This document shows positions 62,056 to 64,000 of a stretch of DNA of 64,000 nt, in pieces (the first letter of the stretch is position 1; each line of letters opens with the position of its first letter). The DNA is from an uncultured Bacillaceae bacterium (GTDB taxonomy: Bacteria > Pseudomonadota > Alphaproteobacteria > Rhodobacterales > Rhodobacteraceae). The notes under the pieces are model-generated. The model saw only the letters and a list, made by a program, of their open reading frames with translations. It was not told where the DNA came from and ran no database searches. The translations under genes were made by a program, and so were the position numbers. The stretch is taken from positions 157,281 through 221,280 of the forward strand of contig CAVXNU010000011.1 of assembly GCA_963763245.1 (NCBI GenBank), in the 5' to 3' direction.

Positions 62056-63245
62056 TTGACGAACAGCTTGCGCGGATAGTCGGTCAGGCATTCGGCGGCG
62101 CCCTGGTCGCGTATGCGCAGGGATTCGGTGATCTCCAGACCCCATTCGGCGCCCCAGAGGCCAGGCATGAAATGGAAGGTCATGTTGGGCTGCAGCAAGG
62201 TCTCGTCCTCGGGCCGGATCGAGTAGGTGCGCTCGCCCCAATCCGGCGGGTAGCTGAGCCCGATCGGATAGCCGCAGCGGCCCTCGCGCTGGATCCCGTG
62301 CTTGGCCAGCACGCCATAGAAGGCGCGCGCGATGTCTCCCGTGGTGTTGCCGGCGCGGGCCGCGTCGATGCCGGCGTCGATGCCCTCGATCAGCGCCGCC
62401 TCGGACCGGCGCATCTCGGCCGGCGGCTCGCCCAGCCAGACGGTCCGGCAGAGCGGCGCGTGATAGCGCCGGACGCAGCCCGAGATCTCGAAGAAGACAC
62501 CGAGATTGGGCGCATAGGCCTTGTCGGTCCAGGAAAGGTGCGCCGCGGTCGTGTCCTTGCCGGCCGGCATCAGCGGCGCGATGGCAGGATAGTCGCCGCC
62601 AAAGCGGCCCTCCTCGTCCTCGGCGCCGTAGATCGCGGTCTGGTAGACCTCGGCCGCCACCTCGTTGCCGCGGACGCCCGGAGCGATCACCTCGAAGGCA
62701 CGCGCCTGCATCCGCTCGCTGATCTTCGCGGCGCGGCGCATCAGGCGGATCTCGGCCGGCGATTTGACGGCGCGCTGCCAGTTCACCAGTGCCGTGGCGT
62801 CGACCAGTTCGCCTTGCGTGAGCTCGGCCTGCAGCACGGCGTGCGCCTTGGCGCTGTAGTAGTAGTTCTCGAGTTCGACGCCGATGCGGCCACGCGCCAG
62901 CCCGCGCTCGCGCAGCAGGCCCGCAAGGTGCTGCATCGGGTGGCGCACAGTCGACATGACGTAATTGTCCGGATAGCCGACGATGTCGTCGTCCGCCATG
63001 TAGCAGGTCAGCGTCGCGCCGACCGCATCCATCCGCCGGCCCCAGTAGAGCGGATCGCCCTCGGGCCCGACGATCACGGCCTGCGGCGTGTAGAAACTCC
63101 AGCCGTCATAGCCGGTCAGCCAGGCCATGTTCGAGGGATCGACGGTGACGAGGGCGTCCAGCCCCGCCTCGGCCATCGCGCTGCGCGTCCGCGAGAGCCG
63201 CTCGGCATATTCCTCGCGCGTGAAGTTTGGCTCGGCACTCGGCAT
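62052..63245 (-). CDS. eutD: Ectoine hydrolase (M24 fold, DoeA/EutD)
   Basis: DPSNMAWLTGYDGWSFY, VNWQRAVKS, GGDYPAI, GYPIGLSYPPDWGERT, TFHFMPG. Confidence 0.88.
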   Translation of the reverse strand: MPSAEPNFTREEYAERLSRTRSAMAEAGLDALVTVDPSNMAWLTGYDGWSFYTPQAVIVGPEGDPLYWGRRMDAVGATLTCYMADDDIVGYPDNYVMSTVRHPMQHLAGLLRERGLARGRIGVELENYYYSAKAHAVLQAELTQGELVDATALVNWQRAVKSPAEIRLMRRAAKISERMQARAFEVIAPGVRGNEVAAEVYQTAIYGAEDEEGRFGGDYPAIAPLMPAGKDTTAAHLSWTDKAYAPNLGVFFEISGCVRRYHAPLCRTVWLGEPPAEMRRSEAALIEGIDAGIDAARAGNTTGDIARAFYGVLAKHGIQREGRCGYPIGLSYPPDWGERTYSIRPEDETLLQPNMTFHFMPGLWGAEWGLEITESLRIRDQGAAECLTDYPRKLFVK

Positions 63246-63550
63246 GGACGGTCTCCTGATTCCCTGTTGCCATCAGAGGTGGAGATCGCGGGCGATCACA
63301 ACGCCACATGCGACCTCGGTAGGACCATCTGCGCCGCAACGGCGGAAACCCTGGCGCTCTGGTCTCCAGTGTCCCGCCGCCTGTGTTGCTGTCGACGCGC
63401 ATTCCCACAGCCGACGGCGAAGGTTTGGCCCCCGCGCGAGCTTCTCAAGCGGGCAAGGCACCTTGAGCCCATGAGTTCGCAAGAACGCTCTCTGCCGCGC
63501 AGGAAGCGTTCTGTGGCGGTCGAAGATGGAGAAGGGCCTCCACGGATCGG

Positions 63551-64000
63551 TCAGCCGAGCGTGTCCTTCACTGCGCCAGCGATCGCCGCCACAACCTTAT
63601 CGGCCTCGTCGCGGGACAGGCAAAGCGGTGGGGCGAAGCCGATGATGTCGCCTTGCGGCATCGCTCGGGCGATGACGCCCCTCGCGAGCAGTGCCTGGGT
63701 GACGCGCGCACCGACCTTGGCCGAAGGGTCGAAGAAGCGACGACCCTCGCGCTCCTCGACGAACTCCACGGCGGAGAGCAGGCCCTCGCCGCGGATGTCG
63801 CCGACGTTCGGGTGCCGGCCCAGCGCATCTTTCAGCGCTCCGTTGAAGTAGGCGCCGGTCTCGGCGGCGTTGGCGACGAGGCCGAGGCTGTCGACCAGCT
63901 CAGGTTGGCGATGCCGGCCGCGGCGCCGATGGGATGGGCCGAATAGGTCCAGCCGTGGCCGATGGGGCCGTTCTCGTCGGTGCCGCTGCTCCAGCACCTT
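63551..64000 (-). CDS. Class III aminotransferase (DoeD-like), 3' part only; frameshifted
   Basis: GHGWTYSAHP, GDIRGEGL, RAMPQGDIIGFAPP. Confidence 0.8.
   Translation of the reverse strand, partial: KVLEQRHRRERPHRPRLDLFGPSHRRRGRHRQPELVDSLGLVANAAETGAYFNGALKDALGRHPNVGDIRGEGLLSAVEFVEEREGRRFFDPSAKVGARVTQALLARGVIARAMPQGDIIGFAPPLCLSRDEADKVVAAIAGAVKDTLG

Overview
GC-rich alphaproteobacterial chromosome segment, probably Rhodobacterales-like judging from gene content. Left arm (1-23.5 kb): core and metabolic genes, including an FAD-linked oxidase, lpxC-bamD-recN, gamma-glutamyl-polyamine catabolism, betC/betA, yghU and prs, plus an unusual Macro-CsbD-TIR locus. Middle (~23.6-57.5 kb): a mosaic accessory region with nested, decayed IS21, IS5 and integrase+IS91-type elements, a sugar-acid catabolic cluster, a DmdA-like aminomethyltransferase, a DEAD helicase, a two-component-regulated PepSY/cytochrome b/DUF2271/ApbE flavinylation cluster, a P1B-5-type ATPase and a cytochrome c peroxidase. 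Right end: an ectoine/hydroxyectoine catabolic cluster. Many genes carry single-base frameshifts, which suggests an unpolished long-read assembly. The most striking observation is a family of three 42-nt hairpin insertions with compensatory base-pair covariation, plus one unrelated ~50-nt multi-hairpin insert. I saw these only inside transposition genes (IS91-type tnp, istA, istB), at or near conserved motifs. Each appears to replace ~4-5 nt of host sequence and shifts the reading frame, which makes them a candidate transposon-disabling micro-insertion system. No rRNA, tRNA or CRISPR array was seen.
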